Of a DNA stretch of 64,000 nt, positions 45,815 to 58,300 are shown piece after piece. Origin of the DNA: Euglena gracilis (lineage: Eukaryota). The first letter of the stretch is position 1, and every line of letters starts with the position of its first letter. The translations under genes were made by a program, and so were the position numbers. The notes under the pieces were generated by a model that saw only the letters and a program-made list of their open reading frames with translations, searched no databases and was not told where the DNA came from. The stretch lies in assembly GCA_039621445.1 (NCBI GenBank), contig CP154954.1, forward strand, positions 45,673,847-45,737,846. The letters are read 5' to 3'.

Positions 45815-47369
45815 TTTTTTGCCCGAGAGGTACAGGTCACGCTGCAAGGTGCGAACGCTTTCTGTGTGAATGCATCTCAATTCTCTATTGCCTCCATTCT
45901 TGAATTCAGCGTCTGAGTCAGTTTTGAAATTTTGTTCTTATTTCAGGTGGAAGGGTTGGGTGCATACCAGATGGACACAGGAATGATCATCCCTGGTAAC
46001 CCGCGCAGGGTTTTGAATTTGATCGAAGATTTGAAGGTTGCTGCAATGGGCCAGCGACACACCTCATCATCGCCAACTGGCGTATTACGAATGTTAATGT
46101 GTGAAAAACTTTGCCTGCAAGTTGCGGTCCTGCGGTTGTAATTCTCTCTTGCAGTGTTAAATGCCTTGCGCCTCTTGCAGTTTCTGTTGCTCTTCTTTTT
46201 TTGTTTTGGCGTGTGTCTCTGGCCAATTTGTCGGCCAGGAAAAAAAATTAAATTCTCGCAATTTCAATTTTTTTTTGCAATCAAATTGCTTAAAAAATCT
46301 GGAGTTGGAAACAAAATTTTTGTTTGCAAGACTTTCCCCTGAAAAGCACAAACTTTTTGCACATAGTCCGCCCAGGATTCACCTTCAGTGATATGAAGAA
46401 GGTTTTTCAGCCCCGGTTTGACTGTTTTTCTGTTTGACTTTTCCCGTGAGGGGAAACGGCGCTCCTCCTGGCACAGTAGAGCAGGGAAAGTGCTTTCCGC
46501 GAAGAAGTGAAAAAAAAGGAAAACCTGCCGACAACGCTGAGCGACCCAGGTGACAAAAAGCGATTGCAGCGTGAGGATTTTTTCGACTGCCGCCGCACGC
46601 AAAATATTACTTGTTCTCTATTTTGTCCAGTCGCATAAAACTTGACGTTTTGTGTATCGTGCCGAGTGGTGCTTTGAGGGTACTTTTTCACCCAAGCGAC
46701 TTCTGTTCGTAAAATCGCCCAGAGGGGAGGCTTGAGAGAGCAAAAAAGCTATTCGGATATTTTTGAAAATTTTGAAGAAAAAAAAATTCCGCAATTTTTC
46801 TTTCACAGCTTCCTCAAAAGGAAAAATAACACTCAGACGAAGAGGTGAGAAGGAATCAAAATGAGGCCACTGTGGCAGGTTGGAAATTCCTTTTTTTTTG
46901 AAAGAAAAACAATTTCCAAATTTTGATCATTTTTGCCAACAACATGAAACAAACTGTTCAAAGAAACAAAAGCAACCAGAACAGTCAAGCAAAGAAATTT
47001 GCAGGCGACAAAAGGCAGGGAAAAAACAGCAGTAAGATTCCCAATCCGCGGACAGTCAGAGGCTGACAGGCAAAGTTTTTCACACATTAACATTCGTAAT
47101 CCGCCAGTTGGCGATGATGAGGTGTGTCGCTGGCCCATTGCAGCAACCTTCAAATCTTCGATCAAATTCAAAACCCTGCGCGGGTTACCAGGGATGATCA
47201 TTCCTGTGTCCATCTGGTATGCACCCAACCCTTCCACCTGAAATAAGAACAAAATTTCAAAACTGACTCAGACGCTGAATTCAAGAATGGAGGCAATAGA
47301 GAATTGAGATGCATTCACACAGAAAGCGTTCGCACCTTGCAGCGTGACCTGTACCTCTCGGGCAAAAAA
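45815..47369. mobile_element. Foldback element with ~300-bp near-perfect inverted arms
   Basis: 45815..46117 is the reverse complement of 47067..47369, and the ORF track shows mirrored peptides. No clear TSD. Confidence 0.8.
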
Positions 47370-47482
47370 CACTTCCCACCAGGCAATTAAGGATTCCCCG
47401 CGGGCGAATTACAACGAAAAACGCAATAGCGTCGGTTAAGGACATGGGGCGAGTACTACCATCACTTTTAGGATTTGCGTTG

Positions 47483-47502
47483 TGAGTGTCTATTTTTTTT
47501 CG
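47483..47502 (+). other. Euglenid spliced-leader exon copy at the 5' end of retroelement copy 2
   Basis: TGAGTGTCTATTTTTTTTCG is a perfect match to the 3' 20 nt of the SL; ATG follows at 47517. Confidence 0.85.
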
Positions 47503-47516
47503 TCTGCATAATCACC

Positions 47517-48305
47517 ATGGCTGCAAAGGGGCCGGATGGCCCTCCAGAAGACCCCAAGACTCAAGACAATATACTCCTTGTCAACCAAGCTGCTACCACA
47601 ACCAACCCTTCAAGTACACCCACTGTTGCAGTGGACACTGGACAGTTGGAGCTGCTGGCCAAGATGTTGTTGCCGCTGTTGGTGCCGGTGCTAACCACTG
47701 CTGTGGCACAACGACTCATTGCTGACCGCCCTGTACATAGTGACAGAGAAAGTCAAGACAGCAGCTCACAGAGAAGGAAGAGGACATGGCAAGAGAGGGA
47801 AGAGCATGAAGAGTACCTACAGAGAAGGTTTGGAAGAGATTACAAGCCCCCATGGCAGAGAGGTCGACCCAGTTATCATATATCTCAACAGAGTTCTCCT
47901 CAGCCCCAGCTCCACCAGCAAGTGAGTCTGGGGCCCCCCTGTACAGCAAGCCCAACAGTGGGCATTCCACAGTCAGGCCCATCAGTGGGCATTCCAATGA
48001 ACAGCCCATTCCAATGCCCACCAGTGGGTAGAAGTCAAGTATGTCCATCTGTCACATCAATCATACAAATGTACATTCCATCACAGACCAACCTTTGGGG
48101 TGAACCCCAGCAATCTCAGCAACCACTGCAATCAAACTGGAGCAGAGAAGATGACCAGAGGAGGAATTGGACCAGAGAAGAAGAGCAGAGAAGGAGAGAG
48201 GTTGAACTCTTCAGAAGCCTCAGAGCCTTTCTCAGCACAGGCCAGAGTACACAAGTCCCCCCCCTCCCAACACCATTACACTACCTGGCCTGCCAGCACC
48301 CTTAA
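47517..48305 (+). CDS. First ORF after the SL in copy 2 (Pro/Gln/Arg-rich, unknown function, possibly gag-like)
   Basis: ATG 14 nt after the SL; 262 codons; no recognised domain. Confidence 0.5.
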   Translation: MAAKGPDGPPEDPKTQDNILLVNQAATTTNPSSTPTVAVDTGQLELLAKMLLPLLVPVLTTAVAQRLIADRPVHSDRESQDSSSQRRKRTWQEREEHEEYLQRRFGRDYKPPWQRGRPSYHISQQSSPQPQLHQQVSLGPPCTASPTVGIPQSGPSVGIPMNSPFQCPPVGRSQVCPSVTSIIQMYIPSQTNLWGEPQQSQQPLQSNWSREDDQRRNWTREEEQRRREVELFRSLRAFLSTGQSTQVPPLPTPLHYLACQHP

Positions 48306-49005
48306 TCCCAGATGTGGTACTGGCATCACCATCAGCCTTCCAATGTGCTTTTCTGCCTGCAGCTTTCCCTTTTGTCTCACAAAGTCCCCCCCAAAGAGGG
48401 GACAATTCAACACAATACCTTCACCCAGTAAAACAAATGGATCAACAATTTCTTCCAAAGGCAACTCCAAATCAAAAGGAGTCAGCAAAACAACCCCCCC
48501 CACCCAAAAGAGGAGGATCATCAACCCCAGCCAAATGCAACTCCAAAAAATCTCAGCACCAGCCCCCCAATATCAGCCCCCCCTGCAAAAGGGGGGGGGC
48601 CAGGCCCACCGTTTCGCATTTTTAAAATTCCAACAAAACCCACCATGTTTGATGGCACACAGTGGGCCAAACTGGGCACAGTGATCCTGCAGGAGGAACC
48701 CAGCCCCTTTCAAAGGCAAGACCCCCCCCAGGCAACAGATTTACCAGCCTCCCCACCCAACACCCCCCTGGAAGGAGTTCCAGTTTGGGAAAAACCAGAG
48801 TTTCGGTCCCCCAGGGAAGAATTTTTTTGGAGAAGGCGCATGAGACAGCAAGCAGGAGGCTTTTTATTTCACGAGATGGTCGCCAGAAAACTGGCCAACA
48901 TTCAGGAAAAGTGGGTCGACATTGGCAGAACAGTGGACATTCGGCAGTCACAAAAAATGGTGCACACAGACATGAAAATCACGTTGCCACTGGCAGCGCC
49001 AAACG

Positions 49006-52000
49006 TTGTGCAATCGCCCCCCCCCCCCACCAAAAAAGAACCTCATCCTGGAACGGATCAGAATCGCCCAAATTCTTCATCAATACCGACCAGAGGAACA
49101 ACGTGAGGAGGGAATGGACATGTCGCACATAGAAAAAGTACGCCGAGCTATTGCACAAAAAATCAAACAAAAAGTTCCTGCAGCAGAAGCCGTCTGCCCC
49201 CCGAGGACAAAGAAGAAGCGGCTGACACCCTCCCGAGAACCAACCCTGCCCATTGCCTGGCGATACTGCCCAAGAATTTGGCAGATGGATGACATGCCCA
49301 GACCGTTACAGTTTGCGTGTGAGGTTGGATTGGCTGATCGTCTTTCCCCGTCTGTATGGACTGCCAGCGATCTTGATGACTCCAATGACTCCCTGTCGGA
49401 CTATTACTCTTGTGCTGGCACAAAAAAATTCCACATGGCAGAAACAGTCGGCAACATACACCCCTGCTCTGCAAGCCCACATGGGCAGAAGAAGCCGGAA
49501 GACGCATATCTGAAGACGGGGCGAGGTGATTCCCTGACAACAATGGGGGATGTGGAAACCAATCCAGGCCCACCGACGGCATTTAATGGACCCTGTGGTG
49601 AAGTGATGGATCTATTGGACCAACTTGTTGCCATGAACATGACTGATTTCTTTCGGATCAAGGCCGAAATACCGTTGCGGCAAGGCCCCCGATGGCTCCT
49701 CCCAATCACTTCTTCCCAAAGCTACATACTGGCTGAAATGCACTTTGTGTGACATTGAAACCATCACTGCCTCGGCAGGTTGGTGCCTGCACCACAGGGA
49801 AACCTGCCCTGTTTTTTCAGCCACAGTATTTCCATCTACTGAGACAGCAAAAGTACACTCCGTAACAAGCCGAGGATACACGGTAGAACAAACCCGGGAA
49901 AAGTTTTCAGAAGGACACCAGCCGACTGGAAGGGGGGACGAATCACCACCCATGGTGACGTCCAAACACAACCAGGACCCATCTACTTCCGCCTGGCCAC
50001 CATGGAAAGACCGACAATCCCTGTCTCCAGGGGACTTCAAGAAAACTTCATTCGGCACAGATTGCTGGCGAGCCTTCAAGAGGTGGATGCAGAACTTCAA
50101 ACTTTCCGAGGCGCCTTCCCTTCCGATGTCCTGGTTGAGGACACTACCGTCCATGAGCTCACCGAATGTTGGGAAGTTTTGAGAGGAGTTCTGTTTGTGC
50201 TCATAGGGCTATGGCCACATCGACCACCACGTCACGACTCCCCATCGAGTGTGCATACCATTATGTGGTTGCTGACTTGTTTATGGTCCGAAGTATGCAA
50301 CATCGGCGAGGCCTTTCAATTCTACCTGCCCCCTATTCACCTAATGACACTACCCAACGTACTCCGGCCGAGAGGCACTTTCCCCAGAGTACCTCCAACA
50401 GAGCCCTCCTCGTCCGACCTCTCCCTATTGAATGTACACACCGTTGATATCCTGGACATCATGGCCTTCTTACGTCCGACAAGTTCAGTAGTCTCAGTTG
50501 ACCGTCACGTCCGGAGGGCACGACGGACAGCACAAAGACGACCAAACTACCAACGAGGTGACCAACACGGTGACATAAGCCCTAACGACGCTGTCATAAC
50601 CGAGAGGCCCAGACACCAAGATGTCACACTTTGTGGTGACGTTCAGCTCGAGCCGGGACCTATTCACCGGATAACCCCACGTGAAGGACCCCTATTCCTG
50701 CGACCTAGCACCAGGCCCCATTGCCGACGACCAACTTGCACTCTGGCCCCAGGGCCTTCTAAGTTGTCAAATGTGGCCCCAGGGCACGCCAACCACGTAC
50801 GGCAACTGATTGACCAGGAAAAAATGCGGTATGGGTACAGTCCCCCCCGTTGTGGCAGGGGCAAAAGCCTTGCCAGTTGTGGCGACATTGAAAGCAACCC
50901 AGGACCCACAGAAACCCGCCCTCCCCAGCAGGAGGACGTTGAAATGGCCTTCGCCGCACAGACCTCTGCTGGGCCGCCGACGGAGCGACCACTCCTTGGA
51001 TCTTGGTTTCCAATGCACTCGACGCCGCTGTTCTCACCTACTCTGTCCCAGGCTATAATGCCGTTTCCCAGTTTGAACGGGGTCCCCGGGGCACCGGCAG
51101 CTGAACAAATCATGGTCATTGACGAACTAGAGTCCCGGGTGCGCTCAGCGATTTCCGAAACTCACGGGCATGCGCCGCAGGGCCAGGGGTTGACTGACAA
51201 TTTTGTGCCGTCCTCACCACAAGGGCAAGAGCAAGAGTGCCAAAATGGTCGAAGGCCGCAGCCCCCCGTGGCTCCAGCACCAGCGCAATCCTCGATGAAC
51301 GCTGCTACGCTGCAAGTCACTCCTTTCTCGCAACCTTGCCCACCAATGCAGCCATCTTGGGAAGAAATTTCCCAAGACACTCGGGGCACGTTGGTCCATA
51401 TCCCACGGGGAGCGTTGCGAAACGTTGGGCTCGCCTTTTGGAGCACCCTCAGTCGCTTTGTGTCCAAGCCAGGATGGGAGACCCTACACGCACTTTGGTG
51501 CTTCCCAAAAGCTGTACTTGCTCCATTGAAGCGGAGCGGGAAAAGCCATTGGGCTGCAGTTGGACGGAAAATTACTGAGAGAGCCAATGCCTACCTCAAC
51601 CGGTCCACAGAAGATTCGTGGGATGAGACTCGCCAAATCCGCGCTGCACAAAACCCAAAGAAGAGAACACGAAGTCAAGGCAAAATCTGCCTCCGGACTT
51701 CCCTCGCCTCGAATTCGATCTCAGTGAAGATGCAACCAGGGAGCGCTTAATTGAAATACGGAAGGCAGTCATGTCTTTCCCGAAGGAGTCCTCACCAGGA
51801 CCGTCTGGACTTCGTCCAGATCATCTTAAGGACATGCTCTCTGATCCTCTCGGGACACAATCTGAACAACTCCTCACAATTTTGGACCAATTCATCCGAA
51901 CATGTTTGACAAACGGAATTCACAACTCAGTGGCATGGATTTTCGCGGGCGCCCGTTTGACTCCTCTTTGAAAACCCTGCAATCCAAGCGAAAACCTTGA

Positions 52001-55000
52001 TGAGCTTGGCAATGCCAACCCCATTCCTGACCCAAAGAAAGATGGCACGCGACCAATTGCAGCTGGGGAATGCCTGCACCGATTGGTGGGCAAATATTTG
52101 ATGAGGCACCCCAAAATCAGGGACCGCCTTAAAGAACTGCAGCCACTACAATGTGGTGTAGGGGTCCAGGGGGCATGTGAACTCATTGCTATGCAGGGAT
52201 GGCCCTCGTTTTCTAACCGATCGTTTTAAAACACGTTTTTTTCGAAAAAAACCCGTTTTTTTTGAAAAAAACGGGTTTTTTTACCTTCGCCGCCCCCCGT
52301 CGTTTTTTTCAAAAAAAAAATGTTTTTTTTTTGTTTTTTTATTTCCTTCGCCCCTCATGGCCGAAGGCGTGAGAAGAATGGCTCTGCCTGAGTTTTATAC
52401 TCTCCGTTACCCGGAAAATTTCATCTGGGGGACCCGAAAGTAAATGCCAGTTTCTCACTTTTTTTTTGCGCTCTTGGACGCACCCCCTGCCGAAGGGCCG
52501 TTTTCATGGACCCCGGGGAGAAAAAAAACCCTGGGACAGCACCCGCGCTGTGGTACAAAACTTTTCCCCCAAGATGGGGCACAAAACTGCCTCAAGATGG
52601 GGCACGAAACTCCCCAAAATGTTGGGGCCAAAGTTGTGCCAGAAAACTGGACCCAAAAAGTTTCCAAAATGTTGCCCCAACCTGTGGCACAAAACTCCCG
52701 CCATGTGGACACAACATGTGGCCCCTAACTGTCACAAAGATGTGGCCCACAGCTGTGCCCAAGATGTGCTAGAAAGCTAGACCCAAAAAGATGTGGCACC
52801 AAAATGTTGCCCACCTGTGGCACCAAATTGCCCCCAATGTGCACCAAGCTGGCCCCAAGATGTGCACCAAACTCTGACCACAAGATGTGCACTAAATTGT
52901 CCAAAATGTGGACAGCAGAATGGTCCCAAAATGCTTCCCCCAGCTGTGGCCAAGATGTGCCCAAAATGTGGCACCAAACTGGGGGTGAATGTTGAATGTG
53001 CTTGGGTGGACAAAAAACTGTTTAAGGAGCTTTTCCCAGGGCAAGGCAAAACACAGCTGAAACAGAAACAGCTGAAACATGGGACCGAATTACTTGAAGC
53101 ACATCACGACGAACTTCTGCAGCAGCGCCTTGTGAAGGTCTTCAAGTTCATTCATTATTCTTTTATCTCACTTGACCTTTAAGCAAATCACTTGGATCTT
53201 GAAACTTGTCAAATTGACGTGTCGCACTTGTTTTTATAACTTGAACCCCACCATGGACCTTCACCTGTCGGCCAAGCTGTATGAAAGAATGCATACCCAT
53301 TGCAACACACGATCCTCCACAGGCATCAGGACATATAAGGATTTAACCAGACACCGCGATTCCTAATCCAAAAAAACCAACGGTGGTTTTTTTTAAACAA
53401 AAAAACACAGTTTTTGGTTTTTTTCGAAAAAAACCAAAAAAACACCATCCCTGTTGCTATGGGACTGCAGCAAGAAGTAAATAACCTGCATATGCAACAG
53501 GACAGCAACTGGGCTTTGTTACAGGTAGATTTCAGCAATGCTTTTAATTGCGTAAAAAGAAAGACAGTCCTTGCTGAAGTGGCTAAACGCTGCCCGGAGG
53601 CGTACGTTTGGTTCGAGAGTTGCTACGCTGAACACAGCCCGCTCTTTTGTGGGTCATCACACCTTCGGAGTGCCTCTGGCGTACAACAAGGGGACCCTTG
53701 TGGCCCAGCCGGATTCGCCTTGGCGTTGCAATCTCTCGTTGAGTCCTTGCAAGACGTGGTGCCACTCCAATTGTGGTATTTGGATGATGGACACATCCTG
53801 GGAACCCTCCCACAATTACATGCAGCAATTACAGAAATTCAACGACAGGGGACGCTACTAGGCATACACCTCAACGCAAAAAAATGCCGCCTGTGGGGCC
53901 CTGCAGCAACAGAAGCCAATCGTGCTGAAATGCCGCAAAACAGCCCACTTCGTGCAGTCCCAATCGTGAACTACTCCCCCGATATACGGGCCCTGGGAAT
54001 CCCGGTATGCTATCCACAAAGCGGAGGCTTTGCGGGGGAAGTGTGGGCTGAACGTGCAACAGGTGTGCAGAAAGCTTGCCGGGCCCTTTTGAACCTGCCG
54101 CAGGCCCATATTCAGTTCTGCCTCTTACGAACCTGTCTAGATGCATGCAAAGTTAATGACCTCATGCGTGCAACAGAACTGGGGCAGGCAAATGACGCAT
54201 GTGCTTTGTTGACCAAAGAAATCAGGAACACAATGAGCAACATTGTTGGATCCCCCATCGATGACAACCAATGGGCTCAGGCCACCCTACATGTGCGTCA
54301 TGGCGGACTCGGAATTCGGGACCCATCACGGGAACGTCTCCCAGCACGGATATCCGGCATTGTGACGTTTGTCAGCAATGGAAGACGCACCCTGGGCCTG
54401 GCAGACCGAGGAGTGCCGAAAGACACTGCGGAGTGCCTGTCCTCTGCCAACTCCATCCTCGAAGGAACTCCCCCAACGCAAACATGGGCCGCGGATGTAT
54501 CACTCTTGAACGAAGCCCAAAGCCCTCATATTCAACAGAAGTGGTGGGGTGAATGCTTTGCGAAACAACGACAAAAGGTATTATCCTGCAACCTTCACGG
54601 TCAAGACGCCGTCCGGTTCGCAAGCCAACAGCGGCCCCACGCAATGGCCTGGGCTTCTGTCACACCATCCTCTGGACTGAAAACATTGGTCGCATCTGCC
54701 GAATTCAAAGGATTTCTAAAGTGGTCACTGGGAGCACCAGTTTGCCCACCAACGGGATCAACGTGCCCACGCTGCACCAAGCCAATGGACAACCTGGGTA
54801 ATCACCTTGTATGCTGCAGCTCAAATGGCTTCACGCGGCGACATGGTGCAATCCAGGACTTCGTGTTCCAACTGGCACATGATGCTGGGTTTACAGCAAA
54901 AAAAGAACAAGGAGGTCCAGAGAGAACACGCCCGGGCGATGTGCTCATCAGCAGACTTGACGCCAATGGTCCTGGAGCAGTGGACATCACAGTGAGACAC

Positions 55001-55368
55001 ACAGCAGCACCGTACAGACCGTTGCGTGACGCAGCTGAACTAACTGAATGGTATGAACGCCAAGAGAAGGAAAAACATTCAAAATATGACGCCACCTGTG
55101 GGAGGATGGGATGGACCTGCATTCCATTTGTTGTTGACTGCTATGGCGGCTTAGGCCAAGAAGCACTGACCTTAATGTCAACACTGATGAAGCTTCTCCT
55201 CGGTCAACAAGATGCATGGTCAAAACGCAAAACTGAAGCCGACACATGGCACTTCTATCAATAACTGTTGCGCGAGAGATCGCGCGACAAGTAATCTGGG
55301 GACGGTATGCAGGCAACGACACAGATCCAGACGTAACCAACACCATACACCAGCCGTATTGTCTGTAA
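49006..55368 (+). pseudogene. Copy 2 polyprotein with four 2A-like motifs, RT and RLE
   Basis: GDVETNPGP (49546), GDVQTQPGP (49954), GDVQLEPGP (50635) and GDIESNPGP (50881); GVQQGDP, WYLDDG and RPGD motifs. Confidence 0.85.
52194..53453. mobile_element. Non-autonomous hAT element inside the RT of copy 2
   Basis: Ac-like TIR CAGGGATGG / CCATCCCTG; 8-bp TSD TTGCTATG at 52186..52193 and 53454..53461. Copy 1 shows the empty site (CTCATTGCCATGGGA). Confidence 0.95.
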
Positions 55369-58300
55369 AGAAGACCACTACGACCCCTAGAGCCAGAACA
55401 AACAATCGTCCTTAAACCATTCACAACTTGTCAAAAAAGTAAGCAACGGTACCCAACCATCAGCAACCTGTGTCCCACATTGGCAGGAGAAGTGGCCGTC
55501 AATTAGCTTGAGGAACAGTGGTGGAGCCAACTGGAGCGGTGGATCCCACCACCCATTGCCCATATGAAACGGAGTAAGCAATTTGACCACAGGGTCAAAG
55601 ACTCCATGACACACCAACCGTACACATAACCAACCACAAGACTAATTAAACCAAAAAACAAGCAAATCACACCTTGCAACGAACGGACCAAGTCTACAAA
55701 CACGTCCAAACCCTTACCGCACTGAAAACAGAGCCTTCCCTGCGCCAACTCCCCTAAACCTAAACTTGTCGCTGCCACAACCTCAACACCCGACAGTCCC
55801 CATGGCCGTTCCATTGAACCTTCCCTGCCGCTGTACACTTTCCACTCACACTCGTTATCTCCCCTCCGTACTGTGCCCCTCACCGCCCTCCTACTTCACC
55901 CTCGACTCTCCCCCCTCCCACCTTTGTGAACTTGGTATATATGTGCATTACTCTCACCCGCACAGGACTTCGGCTCGGAGTGATCCTCCTAGGCCGCTTT
56001 GTCTGAGTTTCCTTTCTTTCTGCGTACTAGGTGTATGGAAAATGAAAGGAAAGGTTTCACAGATTTTATCTTTCTTTCAGAACGTTTTCCACGAACTGCC
56101 CCACCCTAACCGTGGGAAACCACTACATCTTTTTGCCCCCCTACTCGCCCATGTTGTACCCTGTACTGCTTTTTTTTTTCGTGTGCCATTGCAGGAGAAG
56201 AAAACGGTGGTGGGGCGAACCGAGTCCACCGACCAGTGGCACTGCCTACTGGATTATTCAGTCTGAGGATATGTAGAGATGGGCTGGGCCCATGGTCCAT
56301 GGTGGAGTACTGCTTTTCCACTTTCAAAAGCGGCACAAAGCAAGAGCTGGTCTTACGCCACACAGAAATCTGTGCAACTGACAATCTGCAACGTGGACAG
56401 AAGATAAGTGCCAGGGCGAGGATATTGAGGGATATTATGGAGAACAACATTGGACTAATCACCCAAGCGAAAGTGGTGCATTCTTATGCGCACGCCATGG
56501 ACTACATTCCAGCTTGCCTAAGTGGTGAAGATTTGCTTTGAAGGCCTCTGTGTTGCCTTGATTTCATTCCTGCTCTGCACAAAACATCACAAGAAAAAGG
56601 TGAGTCTTGGAATCAAAAGTACCTTAGAAAACGCTTCGAAATGTAAATGATGGTGAAATTAGGTTCAGGGGGCTCAGAAAGCCGGCGGATTGGTCGTTGG
56701 AATTCGGGGTTAATTTTATGCCGGGATCCTCTGGAGAAGCATCGGACCCTTTGCCTAACCATTCTGTGCCTTCCTCAAGGCCAAAAAGGGGCCGAAAATA
56801 AAAACAAATTATTGAGTGGCAGAAGCATTTGGAATTGATAGACATTCCTTCAAAACACCAAACCCCACTGTTTCCGGCTCTCTGGACGACCTGGGGCTCT
56901 GGGGCAAAAAAACACTTCCCACCAGGAAATTGAGGATTCCCCGGGCGAATCGAAAAACACTATAGATTTTGTGAGGCAAATTCCTAATTAGTGTGCCAAT
57001 TCCTAATTTTAGGGCAAATCCTTTTTTTCATGTGTGTATTCCTGATTTTTAGTGACAAATGCCTAATTTTAAGTGTAAAATACTGAAATTTGAGAGGTAA
57101 TCCCAAATTGGGTGTGTCGGTACCTAATTTTGAGTGGCAAACTCCTATTTACAACGGACAGGCACAATTGTTGGACCCGGTCGGACATTTTCGTTGGCCC
57201 TTGCCAGGCAAAAAATGGGAGAATGGAGGAAATTTCTATAGGGCCCCTGGAGACGTGAATAGTTGACCCTCTGACCCATGAAATTTAGGCAAAGCTAGCT
57301 CTCAAAATTTCACAAATGTGGGAGGTGAAGGATCATACAACAACTGCTCCAAAAGCTGTTCCTCAAAGTCTCGCATTGGAATGCCATCAATTCACATGGA
57401 TGGCCACACTTTACATTAGCTTCCAAAAATTTTCTCCGACGGCAACTCTAGGGTACAAGCAACCTCTTCTCAAGTCTTCCAAAGCAAAATTGTTCACTTT
57501 GGGTTGAAAAAAACAGCTTTGCCATCACTGTGCATCATGCAAAGCCAGAGGCAATAACAATGTGACGGGACGCACTGCTTTTCAAAAACATTTGGAGCTC
57601 TGCAATAACCTTCAAAAATCTACAAAGAATGAAAAAAGGTTCCCCTGTGACCTCTGGCTCCCTTGTGACCTCTGTGACCCCCTTGTGACCCCGGCAATCC
57701 AGGGTTTCGTCTCCCAACGCCCACAGGGGTCTTTTTGCAAAATGAACAATGCGCGGGACCCTCAAGCCATCAAATGCAAACATGAAGCCCAAAAAGAGAG
57801 GCGGCAACAAAAATGTGAATTTAGCAACGAAGTTTTCCCAAAGGATGAAGGACAGTTTATGAACTCCTTTTGCTTTGCCTTTTTTCACATTGTGGGCCAT
57901 TGCCTCCCATGTGACCTCCCCTGTGACCCCCTGTGACCCCCCTGTGACCGCGGCCCACCCCCTTTGGGTGGCCATATTGTACAATCAATATGCAGACTCT
58001 TGAAGACATTCCCACCAATTCCATTTGAATCTTAGCATCTGCTGTGAAATTTTAAGTTCCTTGGTTCAGATTCTTACAGACGGGTTTCACTGCAAAATTG
58101 TCTATCAGGGTGTTTTGGAGTTGCCAGTTGCGGAACCAGAAAAAATCATGCTTTCAACCCAAAAAAATGAATGTTGTAGAGATAAAAAATGCACTTTTTC
58201 CAAAAAAAAACATTGCAAAAATTTTTTCCCCCAAACCCTCCATGACGTTTTTTTTGTTTTTTTTTGAAAGAAACATATTTTTTTTAAAAAAAAACATGTT

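Larger units (their letters stand above)
47483..55950 (+). mobile_element. CRE/SLACS-like non-LTR retrotransposon, copy 2 (long 5' region, hAT insertion)
   Basis: Homologous to copy 1 from about 50731; ~180-bp deletion at about 51677; TGA at 51969; frameshift at about 55250; stop at 55368. The 3' end is approximate. Confidence 0.9.

Noticed and set aside
50554-50586. Fifth 2A-like motif (RGDQHGDISPN)
   Set aside because: It lacks the PGP ending and is too degenerate to support.
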